A stretch of DNA of 64,000 nt from a virus. Lineage: Duplodnaviria > Caudoviricetes. The stretch lies in the IMG/VR virus record IMGVR_UViG_3300049472_000168, positions 32,001 through 96,000 of that record; one strand, written 5' to 3'. A program made the position numbers and the translations under genes. The notes under the pieces are model-generated. The model did not search any database and was not told the origin of the DNA. It saw only the letters and a list, made by a program, of their open reading frames with translations. Positions 40,884-50,877 of this stretch are shown here, in pieces. Numbering within the stretch: position 1 is the first letter of the stretch; every line of letters begins with the position of its first letter.

Positions 40884-42253
40884 AGCAATCCCAAGGCTTC
40901 CTGGATACAGACTTCCTGGAACTGAGCCGGAGTCATCTCGGTTCCTTGTACTCTATTTAATAGGGCATCTACGATTTGGGGATCCTGGATGATTCTTGAC
41001 GCAATTTTTAGACGACCATCACGATTCAGGCTGTCCGGCATCTTGAAGACCTTATCGATACGTCCGGGACGGCTCGCATTGGCTGCGGCCAAGGCGGGGT
41101 CTACGTTATCGATGTGGTTTGTTGTGATCACAACAACGATGCCATTGGTTTTTTCGACCCCATCGATACAGTTCAATAAGGCGTCATAGGTCAATCCGTT
41201 GACCAATGACTTTCTCAGATTAAAAACTGCATCGATATCCTCGATCAGGATGATGCAGGGAGACCGAGTCGCCACGATTTTGGACCACGTCGAGGTTAGG
41301 TCTTCGTTGTCCATTGAGGTCAGGTCAGGGATACAAATCGGCAGACCTAAGGACTCCCCAACGGCTCTGACAATTGATGTTTTGCCAGTACCAGGAAGAC
41401 CATGGAGGAGGTATCCACGACGCCAGGGCACCGCTCTGTCTGTATACCAGGATTCATTTGCAGACCAGAAGTCAATATCCCTGATGAACCCAGCTAGGTC
41501 TGGATGGATATACAAGGAATCGGCTTCTTTGTTGGTGAGTGGAGGGGCTCCGATGTCAGATTCCTTCCATCCCAGAGGTTCCCTGCCAAGACTTTCGTCG
41601 TCATCCAGGGAATCTTGTTTAAGCCTTAGCTCTGTCTGCTCCGACCTCTCTTTTGAGGAACCATAAAACCTCCAGACACAGAATCTAGTTGGTTTGTTCT
41701 GTTTCGATGTAATCTGGTTGTAATGAATCGCGGCTTCAGCCATCAAGGTATCGATATCAAGCATCCCTCTCAGATATCTGAGGGCGGGGTCCGTGGTGTT
41801 ATTCTCCTCTTGTCTAGATCTGGCGACTACAACTGGGATCCAGCCTTTGTAGAAGAAGACGCGGTCACCCTCAGATAGGGTCCGGAAGATGACGTGATAT
41901 CTGGCTTTGAGTGATTTGATCCAGACAGGGTCTGCGATGAATCTTTCTGAGCCACCGATAATAGACCTATTACAACTGGCCTTCAAGTAGGTCAGAATCA
42001 TGTCGGCAGCGTGAGAACTCATCGACTTCTTCGGGACCACTGTTTCAGCGATGAAGGCAAAAACGGTCCCAATTGCATTTAAGACCGCCTTCAGAAAGCC
42101 GGAATAGATAAATGCCCAGATCGCCACTCCGATCCCGACACCAAGACCGAGTTCTACATACGAGATATTCAAAACGGAATCCTTTGTGGTGAAATAATGT
42201 CTTCTTTGATCGTACGGAGCGAGGCCATCGCATGGAAGTTGGACCCTGACCAA
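40868..42253 (-). CDS. membrane-anchored BCS1-like AAA+ ATPase (start uncertain)
   Basis: N-terminal TM; WY...PWRRGYLLHGLPGTGKTS, IEDID, LLNCIDG, TTNH, RPGRID. Confidence 0.8.
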   Translation of the reverse strand: MVRVQLPCDGLAPYDQRRHYFTTKDSVLNISYVELGLGVGIGVAIWAFIYSGFLKAVLNAIGTVFAFIAETVVPKKSMSSHAADMILTYLKASCNRSIIGGSERFIADPVWIKSLKARYHVIFRTLSEGDRVFFYKGWIPVVVARSRQEENNTTDPALRYLRGMLDIDTLMAEAAIHYNQITSKQNKPTRFCVWRFYGSSKERSEQTELRLKQDSLDDDESLGREPLGWKESDIGAPPLTNKEADSLYIHPDLAGFIRDIDFWSANESWYTDRAVPWRRGYLLHGLPGTGKTSIVRAVGESLGLPICIPDLTSMDNEDLTSTWSKIVATRSPCIILIEDIDAVFNLRKSLVNGLTYDALLNCIDGVEKTNGIVVVITTNHIDNVDPALAAANASRPGRIDKVFKMPDSLNRDGRLKIASRIIQDPQIVDALLNRVQGTEMTPAQFQEVCIQEALGLLWENR

Positions 42254-42603
42254 GGAATCCTGACCTCCGGCCTGTCCTTCGGCTTGAAAAGCCGGGAGTA
42301 GCCCTCGACTCTTGATAACGCCCTGAAGACATCAAAGGCCGATCTCTTCAGGTCTGAACCCAGCATAGATTGTAGATTAATAACTTGGGATCTGAACTCG
42401 ATATCTGATTTCAGGTAAACCATGACATGCAGTCTAGGACTATTTGGAGTCGAGGACTTCGAGTGCCAGACCACGAGATGATCGATATCGATAATTCCGA
42501 GTTCAGAAGCAAATCTGATCTGAGAATTGAAGGTTTTGATGGCTTCTTCGACCCTAGCTTTATCGGCCTCTAAACTGTAGTTCTGGTATTTTTCATTGGT
42601 CAT
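42169..42603 (-). CDS. hypothetical protein
   Basis: operon ORF. Confidence 0.55.
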   Translation of the reverse strand: MTNEKYQNYSLEADKARVEEAIKTFNSQIRFASELGIIDIDHLVVWHSKSSTPNSPRLHVMVYLKSDIEFRSQVINLQSMLGSDLKRSAFDVFRALSRVEGYSRLFKPKDRPEVRIPWSGSNFHAMASLRTIKEDIISPQRIPF

Positions 42604-42849
42604 TTAATTATTCCTTATTCCTTGCAGAGCGAGCAGTCGGTCGTGATAAAATATCTTTCTGTCAGCTAGGGTGCAGTCTGGATTCTGGAGCAGGACCCAA
42701 CCTTCGGAGGTCTGGACGTAAGTGGAGCCGTCTGAGCTATAGGCGAAAAGCTCGTAAGGTCCCAGAGGCTTAACATTTCTGGTCCAACGCTTGTAGTCCT
42801 CGCCACGGATACAAAAAGGAAATCGGTCCGTGATATGAATAAAACTCAT
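42604..42849 (-). CDS. hypothetical protein
   Basis: operon ORF. Confidence 0.5.
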   Translation of the reverse strand: MSFIHITDRFPFCIRGEDYKRWTRNVKPLGPYELFAYSSDGSTYVQTSEGWVLLQNPDCTLADRKIFYHDRLLALQGIRNN

Positions 42850-42973
42850 CGACGATACCTAGATTTGAATAGTTCCCATCCGGATTCCCAGGAATCAGCT
42901 TTTACCGCAGCATCCACTATATCAATAGTGGTAGGAATCGCAAGAATAATCAGGATGACGAGTCCCAAGGTTT

Positions 42974-43267
42974 TCATGTTTTGATCTCACCAGTTATCCA
43001 GTCAATTCTTGTTTTTTTTGCCGTAGGTATCAATTACAGCATTGACATAAACCAGGCTGGCTTCGGCATAGAGCCTGAGGCCTTCGGCCAAGAGTATTCT
43101 TCCTTCGATCCAGAGCTTATCGCCTTCGATTGCCGAAGCGTTGAAGTCAACCCAGAGTTTTTCGGCTTCGGTCTTGAGTTTATGGCCTTCGCCACAAATC
43201 CTTTTGCTTTCAGCATAGATTTTTTGTATTGGTCCCAGGCCGCTTCAATTTTTGGATGTTTTTCCAT
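42974..43267 (-). pseudogene. doubly frameshifted paralogue of 58937-59110 with EG-x-K-L-W heptad repeats
   Basis: A6 and A8 tracts; setting both to A7 gives one ORF ending VIDTYGKKTRIDWITGEIKT. Confidence 0.65.
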
Positions 43268-43298
43268 TTGTTTAATATATCGGAAATCCAGAACAGAG

Positions 43299-43697
43299 TC
43301 AACTCTCGATCAGACCTAGAGCAGATTTCTTTTTTTCGACTTCTGCCAGATTTTTGATTCCCTTTGGATGTGGGGTCTTGAACCCCCAGAAGATTCCAGT
43401 AAAGCAGCCTAACCCGACCTCTACACAGGCCAGGAGCCATCCTAGATGGCCTCCGAAATAGATCGTAGGTATCGCTGCCAGTAATCCAACAGCAGATGTC
43501 AATCCCAGCTTGAGTTCAACAGATCTCAGATATCTGGGGTAGTCAGGAGAGACATCATTTACACATCTATCGCAGAGGGTCCAAGTATGGGGTTTTTCTG
43601 GATCCAAGGAACGCAGGTCTCTGGCATCGCTGTAGCCACAGATTTCACATCGTATCTTGTAGATCTGGTTCCATGTCTCAATTTTTACGTGTTTCAT
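43299..43697 (-). CDS. zinc-finger plus TM protein
   Basis: CEIC..CDRC then hydrophobic segments. Confidence 0.55.
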   Translation of the reverse strand: MKHVKIETWNQIYKIRCEICGYSDARDLRSLDPEKPHTWTLCDRCVNDVSPDYPRYLRSVELKLGLTSAVGLLAAIPTIYFGGHLGWLLACVEVGLGCFTGIFWGFKTPHPKGIKNLAEVEKKKSALGLIES

Positions 43698-45174
43698 GTT
43701 TCCCTTCCACCCAGGTCAGGTGGGATTTGGCACGAGTGATTCCGACGTATGCAATATTCTGCTCCTCATTCACATCAGGACCCCAGCTATGCTTGAAGGT
43801 GTGTTGAATCAGGTAGACACGGTCCCATTCAAGCCCCTTCGCCTTGTGAACCGAACTCAGAACAACAGCAGGCCTCGGATTGTTGTCGGAGTCCTCGAAC
43901 AATGAGGACAGTCTAGTACCGATTTCAGATGTAGAGGTTGACACCTCGGCAAGGGCTTTCAAGGTCTGGGCCTGGTCCTCGATCAAGTTGATCTTGTCCC
44001 GGTACTGATCCGAATCCGGGTTGCCATGGGTTTTGCTGATCTTATTTGCTGCCCAGGTATCCAGAGCCAGGATATAGCTTTCGATTTCCTTGGCATTGAT
44101 TTTGCCGTGGATGGCCCCAAGAGTCTTCCCGATATCCCGGCCCTCGATGTAGGCTCGCTTGCCGCTACGGATGAACTCCAGACACAGCGTCATCAGAGGG
44201 GCATTTTTGCGACTAACAATGGCCTCTCCAGGCTTTGCTGTGATCGAGACCTTAGAGATATCGAGACTATCTACAGTACCATCCGGAGCCGAATCCGCTG
44301 CGCGATAATCAGGGACCAAGATCTTAGCCAAATTAACCACCGCCTTAGGGCATCGATAGGTCGTGGTCAGAGGAAAGACCTTCGCCTTCAACGTGGCCTT
44401 GAGGCGCTCCATGCCACGGACATCGGCTCCACGGAAGCTGTAGATGGCTTGGCGAGGGTCACCGATCAAAACGATGCGGCCACGGGGCTTGCAGGCCCTC
44501 TGGGCCATGAGAAGCTGCGTCGAATTCATGTCCTGGGCCTCATCGACGACGACCAAGTCAAACCACGGTCGCACCCACTTCATAACAACTGGCAACCAGA
44601 GCTGGTCGTCAAAGCTGATTCGGCCCCGAGGGTCTTGCTTCTTCGAGGCTTCCAGAACCTTGGCAGCAATGACGCAACACATCTCGGTGGTCCAGCCTTC
44701 GCGTTCTGCGTTTCCTTCTGGTTCCAATCCACGAGCATTGGCCATGTTGACCAGGTCCTGGTATGACGCAAAGGCGCAGGTGTTCTTTGCGAAGCTGACG
44801 ATATCCTTGATGACAACCGTTGGCTTCGTATTGAAGCGACGGAAGCCATCGGATTTAAGGGCCTCCTCGATTCGGTCAAAATCGATGGAGTCATCAGGTT
44901 TGGCATTCTTCCAGTTCTGGAGAACAAAGCGGTAGCCGAGACCGTTCAGAGACAGAACCTGAGTCTTGGGGTCTTTGATCTTGAGCTTGGCTTCATTTAC
45001 ATTTTTTCGGTTGAATGCGAGGTAGACCTTTTTCTCTTCAGGAGCCAGGCCCATACCTTCTTTTACGGTAGTCGTCTTGCCGGTACCAGCACGGGCCTCG
45101 ACCATGAAATGGGAGGTTCCTGTTCGGAATTCCTCGAAAATGGCGTTTTGCTCATCAGACCACATCGTTTTCAT
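43678..45174 (-). CDS. UvrD/Rep-like SF1 helicase
   Basis: ARAGTGKT, VDEAQD, GDPRQAIYSFRGAD, YRCP, HKAKGLEW, YVGITRAK. Confidence 0.93.
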   Translation of the reverse strand: MKTMWSDEQNAIFEEFRTGTSHFMVEARAGTGKTTTVKEGMGLAPEEKKVYLAFNRKNVNEAKLKIKDPKTQVLSLNGLGYRFVLQNWKNAKPDDSIDFDRIEEALKSDGFRRFNTKPTVVIKDIVSFAKNTCAFASYQDLVNMANARGLEPEGNAEREGWTTEMCCVIAAKVLEASKKQDPRGRISFDDQLWLPVVMKWVRPWFDLVVVDEAQDMNSTQLLMAQRACKPRGRIVLIGDPRQAIYSFRGADVRGMERLKATLKAKVFPLTTTYRCPKAVVNLAKILVPDYRAADSAPDGTVDSLDISKVSITAKPGEAIVSRKNAPLMTLCLEFIRSGKRAYIEGRDIGKTLGAIHGKINAKEIESYILALDTWAANKISKTHGNPDSDQYRDKINLIEDQAQTLKALAEVSTSTSEIGTRLSSLFEDSDNNPRPAVVLSSVHKAKGLEWDRVYLIQHTFKHSWGPDVNEEQNIAYVGITRAKSHLTWVEGKHETRKN

Positions 45175-45180
45175 GAAATA

Positions 45181-45230
45181 ATTATATCGATTCTACCGAA
45201 TGTTGTCAACAATAAATGGGCCCCAATCTT
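45181..45230. promoter_or_regulatory. back-to-back consensus sigma70 (-) and AATCTT (+) promoters
   Basis: TTGACA(45204-09)-N17-TATAAT(45181-86)-6 nt-ATG 45174; AATCTT 45225-30, 6 nt before ATG 45237. Confidence 0.85.
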
Positions 45231-45236
45231 TTAGGC

Positions 45237-45536
45237 ATGAATATTCCTAGTGGTCAGGTGTCATATCGTAAGAAGATAGGTAGATCTGCGTCTGGAGATG
45301 TCTTCGGTATCGGAACTATAGGCGGATTGCACCTCGTCGTAGCGGCTAGGTCTGGGTCCAAAATGGAAACCCTCGGCGCAGGTAGCCATCCCGGTATTGC
45401 CAGGCATCTTGCTAAAAAGTTCGATACCACAGTTGAATTTACCGAACTCAATAAATCCGAAACTTTAGAACTGCGTCATTTCGAGGATTTATTGCCGGGG
45501 TACGAAGAACTCACCCTACAGCTTCGCAATGGATAA
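45237..45536 (+). CDS. small late protein with LNKS motif
   Basis: leaderless after AATCTT. Confidence 0.6.
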   Translation: MNIPSGQVSYRKKIGRSASGDVFGIGTIGGLHLVVAARSGSKMETLGAGSHPGIARHLAKKFDTTVEFTELNKSETLELRHFEDLLPGYEELTLQLRNG

Positions 45537-46365
45537 AGTCAAGACTGAGATCCAAGATGTCCTGACGATGGATATCCCGTCAGGGCTATCTAGCGCATTT
45601 GATATCGATGCGTTTGACGACGCCATCGAGGCCCACGGGGTCAGGTTTGTCCATTACCGTGGGATGCGTAACCCCGTAGGGATGATCGATAAATTCGATT
45701 CCAGACGACCTGATGCCGATCATAGTGGCGCCTCCAACGGATTGATTTATACCAAAGCCGGATGTTTCAGCGCCTTATTCACCGGCAATTCCAAGACTCT
45801 GAGGTCTATGGAAGGTGGCTACATCAATGCGGCAACAGCCCAGTTGACACCGACCCGGAAATACAGGAACTGTGAAGATTTTGTTTACTTGGCCCCGATG
45901 GACAGGCTCTACCTCGAAGAGGAAACCGTATTAGTTAGTCACCAGCAACTGGTAGATGCCCATGAGACCGGGGTCGATAAATTGAAGTTCCCTGCTGAAC
46001 GGGTCCAGGACATCGTAGACGCCACCAATACCAGATATAGTTCCTCTGACTACGTACTGGAAAATGGTCAGATCCGATGGACAACCCAGAACAGGCCGGG
46101 AACCAACCCAGAGACCGGCAAAGGCAAGGTCTATGCGGTTAGATACCTTTACCGCCCGTTTTGGTATATCGATAGACTGATTCACGAGGTCAGGGTCTCT
46201 CAGCAGGAGAATCCAATTACAGGAGAAACCAGAGCGGTAAGAATGCCGCAATCCGCTGTTGTCCAGCGGGAATACGTGTATGAATCGGAGCCCCAAGATC
46301 CTGAGGCTCCAGAATCTCCACGACAACAGAAGTCCCCTCGTTCAGGAGGCTTCGGTCCACGATAA
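45529..46365 (+). CDS. putative head-completion/neck protein
   Basis: late operon; HGVRFVHY, DY.LENGQIRW..RP, YAVRY.YRPFW. Confidence 0.55.
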   Translation: MDKVKTEIQDVLTMDIPSGLSSAFDIDAFDDAIEAHGVRFVHYRGMRNPVGMIDKFDSRRPDADHSGASNGLIYTKAGCFSALFTGNSKTLRSMEGGYINAATAQLTPTRKYRNCEDFVYLAPMDRLYLEEETVLVSHQQLVDAHETGVDKLKFPAERVQDIVDATNTRYSSSDYVLENGQIRWTTQNRPGTNPETGKGKVYAVRYLYRPFWYIDRLIHEVRVSQQENPITGETRAVRMPQSAVVQREYVYESEPQDPEAPESPRQQKSPRSGGFGPR

Positions 46366-47144
46366 TGACAGACAAAGATAAATTCTTGGCCGCCACCATC
46401 GGGCTCAGAGGTCTGAGTGCTTTAGAGACTTTGTCCAAGGCGTCACCAGACCTCGAAGCCTATTTGCCGGTCAGAACAGTTATTTCTTGGATCCAAGAGG
46501 TCCAGGACTGGTCTGGTCCGATTCCTGGTACCGATTCCGTTGCTGACTTCAAGAAATCCTTAGGGGCCTGGTACGGCACCGTTGGAGTCGGAGATTCTAG
46601 TTACCTCCTCGATAGCTCCGATATCGGTTCAGTGGCTGCGGCTATTTGTTGCAGTATCGGGGCGGCCCCGGGTAGACCCGAACTCAGGGATATCGATATC
46701 GCTAGACTAGGCAAAACCATTGATGCCTTGGTTAAGGCCACGTCTGGAGCCAAAGGACTAGCCGCCGCTCCTCTGGGACACACCGACAAAATTCCTCCGA
46801 CTCTGAAGGCCCCTGATACCGATAACAAAAAATCTGACAAAAAGAAACCAAAGAAACCCGTGATTCCAAAACCACAGGCCCCAAAGGTTCCTCTAGACCT
46901 GACCGCTGAGGTCGAAGTCGCCAAGACCCCAAAGATGAAGCTGACTCTGTCCGAGGCTAAAACCAGGTGTCAGCTCTGCAATATCCCCCAGTTTGTTTCC
47001 AATAAATTTGTCGGCTGCTACTGCTTCAGAGACCTAGCCAAATCCGTACGGACTACCGAGATCCCCGGAGGCCTAGAAATTACACTAAAGGGCTGGGACG
47101 AGGACGCCACGATTACTTTGAGAGAGGCCCTAAAACATGAGTAA
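46365..47144 (+). CDS. late protein with four xxK[SA] motifs and C-terminal Zn site; probable internal head protein
   Basis: LSKA, FKKS, LVKA, LAKS; CQLC..GCYC. Confidence 0.55.
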   Translation: MTDKDKFLAATIGLRGLSALETLSKASPDLEAYLPVRTVISWIQEVQDWSGPIPGTDSVADFKKSLGAWYGTVGVGDSSYLLDSSDIGSVAAAICCSIGAAPGRPELRDIDIARLGKTIDALVKATSGAKGLAAAPLGHTDKIPPTLKAPDTDNKKSDKKKPKKPVIPKPQAPKVPLDLTAEVEVAKTPKMKLTLSEAKTRCQLCNIPQFVSNKFVGCYCFRDLAKSVRTTEIPGGLEITLKGWDEDATITLREALKHE

Positions 47145-47613
47145 TGACACGGCTTTGGTGTGGAACAAGAGATTTCCGATTCTAGATGAATCGCATCAAC
47201 ACGACCTGGATGCCAGGGCGGCGGTGAACGAGTTCAAGAACAGGCTTCCTCGACAGGTTGCCGAGGAACGAGCCCACAAGGATTATATGAGGGAGCACGC
47301 CATTGCGGCAGCGGCCCATCATCTTCTTGGTGTCAGGGCTAGTCATGCCAGTGGCCACGACGAAGCCGCAGCGAAGCATGGCGAGGCTTATGCTGGAGCA
47401 ATGAAGGCAGCGGGGCTAGACCCTTTCGGTGCTCCCCATGAGGATATCTTGAATCATATCAAGGCGAATAAGCCCGAAGTCTACAGCTTTAAGGCACATC
47501 CGGCAGATCAGCTCTTTACCCCAGAACACAGGGAACCGGACGAAGCCGATACCCATATCCAGAAACTGCTGGAGGGGCTAGGGTCTCTACGACAGAGACT
47601 TACCTCTAAATAG
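47137..47613 (+). CDS. His/Ala-rich late hypothetical protein
   Basis: coupled to upstream gene. Confidence 0.6.
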   Translation: MSNDTALVWNKRFPILDESHQHDLDARAAVNEFKNRLPRQVAEERAHKDYMREHAIAAAAHHLLGVRASHASGHDEAAAKHGEAYAGAMKAAGLDPFGAPHEDILNHIKANKPEVYSFKAHPADQLFTPEHREPDEADTHIQKLLEGLGSLRQRLTSK

Positions 47614-47802
47614 AGGGCATCTCTTGATATCAAGGTCCGTGGTTATCTGATATTTGCCACCGACCAAATCGATATTAGCAGACATCTTTTTTCCACAGAC
47701 CCGACACCTGCAACAGACTATGCCTTGTTGCGGTTGGGATCTAACGAATTCGACAAAGACCGAATCATCGACGACATGACCGAACTCTAAGGTCTGAGAC
47801 AT
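47587..47802 (-). CDS. small Cys-containing protein
   Basis: CRVCG motif; start uncertain. Confidence 0.45.
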   Translation of the reverse strand: MSQTLEFGHVVDDSVFVEFVRSQPQQGIVCCRCRVCGKKMSANIDLVGGKYQITTDLDIKRCPLFRGKSLS

Positions 47803-47821
47803 GATGAGGTCTCTGATGTAT

Positions 47822-48232
47822 TCAGGAGACTTTTTCACTTTGTCGGGCTTCCGCTTTGATCTGGGTGTCAACCATCCATTCGCCGCAGTACTTCACGATG
47901 TCTGCCATGGCTTCAATCATAAGTGCTCTTGAAGCAAAGACATCGGTTTCGACAACCTTGCCCATGACGTTGTCACAGACAGCCCTAATGCTGGATGCCT
48001 GTCTATTGGCTTCTTTTAGGACCCAGCTCGGATTCTTTCCGATGACGCAACAGATCACAGATGCCGTATCTCGTTGGAATTCCTCTAGTCTGTAGTCTAT
48101 CTTTTCGTTCAGCGCAATCATGATTTCGAGGTAATCCTTTTTAAACCCCTCCTGTTTTGAGGCCGGAATTTCTGCTGCCAGTCGTTCGGCATTGGCTTCA
48201 AGGATTTTGACTTTTTCTGGGTCTAGTGGCAT
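47822..48232 (-). CDS. hypothetical protein
   Basis: AGGAG SD; TTGACA(48273-78)-N18-TATGTT promoter. Confidence 0.65.
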   Translation of the reverse strand: MPLDPEKVKILEANAERLAAEIPASKQEGFKKDYLEIMIALNEKIDYRLEEFQRDTASVICCVIGKNPSWVLKEANRQASSIRAVCDNVMGKVVETDVFASRALMIEAMADIVKYCGEWMVDTQIKAEARQSEKVS

Positions 48233-48306
48233 CTGGCTCCTGTTATAGAACATACCAAATAATCGCGTAGTGTGTCAAGTGGTGTACGGCTTGATGAGGA
48301 GGGCGA

Positions 48307-48543
48307 TCATTTCCAGACGCCTCCGGTTGTGAGTTCAATTTTGTCGTCTGTCTCCCTGAAGAATCCAATATTGGGGTCATTTGTATAGGTCGGGAGGTTT
48401 GGATCCAGATTAGCAGGTTCTACATACCAGAAGACCGGTCCCCAAGGGGTTGGAATGTACTTAGGAGCGGGGGTAGGAGCAGGGGCGACTTTGCCCGCAA
48501 CAAAAACCGCAGCCAGCCGACTGAAAAGACTTCGACGATTCAT
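48307..48543 (-). CDS. small protein with twin-arginine-like N-terminus
   Basis: MNRRSLFSRLAAVFVA. Confidence 0.55.
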   Translation of the reverse strand: MNRRSLFSRLAAVFVAGKVAPAPTPAPKYIPTPWGPVFWYVEPANLDPNLPTYTNDPNIGFFRETDDKIELTTGGVWK

Positions 48544-48782
48544 AGCATTTCCTCCGGCAATATCGCCCTTGCCACCGCAACCAGCGTATCGATAGCTTTA
48601 TCGAGAGTAGCGGAATTCTCCCTACATCTGTAGATATTGCAATCGGCCTTGGTTTTCTTGTACTGCATGGCTCGTGATAAAAGTTCGTAACGTACAGCTT
48701 CGCGTTCAGAACGAGGTCTTTTCAGGATTTCTCTGAATTCATCGACTCCGTATTCTTCTTGTTCTGGTGTTAACTGATCCAT
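48540..48782 (-). CDS. hypothetical protein
   Basis: operon ORF. Confidence 0.55.
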   Translation of the reverse strand: MDQLTPEQEEYGVDEFREILKRPRSEREAVRYELLSRAMQYKKTKADCNIYRCRENSATLDKAIDTLVAVARAILPEEML

Positions 48783-48784
48783 GG

Positions 48785-49987
48785 CTACCCCTGATAATCT
48801 CTAATTGCCTTGCCGATTGGGAGATAAGGAATATTGTCGGAGGTCATCCTCTTGTAGGTGACTGTAAGCTGCTTGCCCTTCCACAGTTCTGGCTTCTCCA
48901 GAAGCTCCCTGCGATATGCATAGGTACCTTTTAGTCTTGGATAGAACTCTTTGCCTTCTGAGGTCACACAAGTAAAGGTCCCTGCGGTTCCAGCATCTTT
49001 GCCTCTGCCCTCGTTGACACCAACGATCTTGAATTCGTCATCCTGGAACGGCTTCATCTTTTGGAGGTTCTTCGACCTCTTGTCACATTCGTAGGGAGCC
49101 GCAGAATTACGGGCCATGGCCCCTTCGTATTCTTGGTCCAAAAAGTTGTCATAGAATTTCACTAGAGTTTCTAGGTCCTGGACTCTGTGAGTTCTGACGA
49201 GCTGGACAATGTCGTCGTCGCTGGGCAGGATGTGAGTTGAGGTGCGACGAGGAATAATATCAATCAAGGCCGCAAATCTTGACTTAAATGGAGTCGTCTC
49301 AGTTACGACGTGGTTCTCAGTCGAGATGTCGATACAGTCATAGACGTGGTACTGCATCACCTTGTAAAGCCCCTCGGCATCAGGAGCATCCTTACGTAGA
49401 ATCGAGATCAAATCCTCGAAGCTATTTCGGTAGTCGTGGTTGTAGAGTTCGCCATCCAGGACAACTATGCCACCAGGAAATCTGGCTTCCAGCTCCGCAA
49501 CGATATGAGGAACCGTTTTGATCGGCTTCCTCGTCCTGGACCACAACGTACATTTGCCGTTGTCAATAACAGCGATGCACCTCATACCATCTAACTTGGG
49601 CTGGACGTAACAAGGAAACTCGATGCGCTTCTCCAGTTCGTCATCCTTAGGGAACGACTTGTTCGGAGCCAGCATGGGGGCGTAGCCGCCCAGAATCACG
49701 GTATCATCGACTTTGTCCGATACCGCGTCATCGATATTCTCGACGTAGCCTTTCTTCTTCTGCTTTAACCAGCGGGATTGTGCTTCGTTGGCGGCTTGTT
49801 CTTCTGCTGATGTCGAATTCTTTTTATTTAGGTTTTTGCCTGTAGTAATGGTTTCCTTGAGATACTGCTTCTTGCCGTCGATGTGACCGAATTCGACGTG
49901 AATCGTGGAGTCTGTGACCCAAATCTTCCACTCCTGAATAGCCGAGGTCTGGGTTTTTTGGAATAGAACAGGGAATGACAATTTCAT
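48785..49987 (-). CDS. ATP-dependent DNA ligase with WGR-like N-terminus
   Basis: QPKLDGMR motif I, DGELY, EGAMAR, KMK, C-terminal OB fold. Confidence 0.92.
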   Translation of the reverse strand: MKLSFPVLFQKTQTSAIQEWKIWVTDSTIHVEFGHIDGKKQYLKETITTGKNLNKKNSTSAEEQAANEAQSRWLKQKKKGYVENIDDAVSDKVDDTVILGGYAPMLAPNKSFPKDDELEKRIEFPCYVQPKLDGMRCIAVIDNGKCTLWSRTRKPIKTVPHIVAELEARFPGGIVVLDGELYNHDYRNSFEDLISILRKDAPDAEGLYKVMQYHVYDCIDISTENHVVTETTPFKSRFAALIDIIPRRTSTHILPSDDDIVQLVRTHRVQDLETLVKFYDNFLDQEYEGAMARNSAAPYECDKRSKNLQKMKPFQDDEFKIVGVNEGRGKDAGTAGTFTCVTSEGKEFYPRLKGTYAYRRELLEKPELWKGKQLTVTYKRMTSDNIPYLPIGKAIRDYQG

Positions 49988-50265
49988 CAGCAATTACCTT
50001 TGCATTGGACAGAATTGAAACCGACATAGGCCGGTCCTTTACACTTCGGACATGTATGTGGAAACTCAGGATCGACTGTGGATGTCGGACTCATATCGAC
50101 ATCAATCTTGATGAATTTAATAGGGGTAGGGAGGGATATCTTGTACCAACCCTTCTCCATAGCATCGATGAGGTCCTGCATTGTGTTGATTGCCATTTTA
50201 GGTCTTTCTAAGAATTTGCCACCACTGTAGGTATATATTTTGTATGGGACGCCAGAGATTAGCAT
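49987..50265 (-). CDS. hypothetical protein with C-terminal Zn ribbon
   Basis: CPKC..C..C; start uncertain. Confidence 0.5.
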   Translation of the reverse strand: MLISGVPYKIYTYSGGKFLERPKMAINTMQDLIDAMEKGWYKISLPTPIKFIKIDVDMSPTSTVDPEFPHTCPKCKGPAYVGFNSVQCKGNC

Positions 50266-50274
50266 TGTGGGTCT

Positions 50275-50877
50275 TTATTCCCGAAAGGATACGTCTACAA
50301 CAAAGATACAACGGATATCAACAGGCAGCTCAAGATACCATTCATCAAATCTGTCCAGTAGGGCTGTGGCTTCTAGATCTCCGAGTGATGTCGGAATGCT
50401 TATCCTAAGTTCCCTGCCGCCTTGTACGATCTCAAGCTTGGGTCTTTCCTGTAATTCAAACAACGAGTAAATCCGTTTTGCAGCTTCAAAAAGGGCGTCC
50501 AGTAGTTTGTCGTTCGGGAAAAACCCCCACAAATCCCTGATATCGGATGGGGCGATGTTGTAGAAGTACCAAAACTCATGGAATTGACGTAAGCTAAGGG
50601 CTAAGGTACCGTTTGTAGTCAGGGTTACGGGATCTTTGGTGATGAACCCTCCGTCATAATTAGGAACGATATACTCTTCTTTAGGAGGACTCAGGCACCC
50701 AATGGACGCCACAAGAGTCGCCTCGTATTCATCAGGAGACATAAAATCAACCCAAGGCCTTTTGAATTTTTCCTTGACCAACTCTGCTCCTTGCCTGATG
50801 TGTTCCTCGGTTAGAGCGACTCCCTCCATTGGCTTGGGGTCTGTTGTCGTCCTGTCTATTCCTGAAAAATCATCCAT
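50275..50877 (-). CDS. hypothetical protein
   Basis: operon ORF. Confidence 0.5.
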   Translation of the reverse strand: MDDFSGIDRTTTDPKPMEGVALTEEHIRQGAELVKEKFKRPWVDFMSPDEYEATLVASIGCLSPPKEEYIVPNYDGGFITKDPVTLTTNGTLALSLRQFHEFWYFYNIAPSDIRDLWGFFPNDKLLDALFEAAKRIYSLFELQERPKLEIVQGGRELRISIPTSLGDLEATALLDRFDEWYLELPVDIRCIFVVDVSFRE

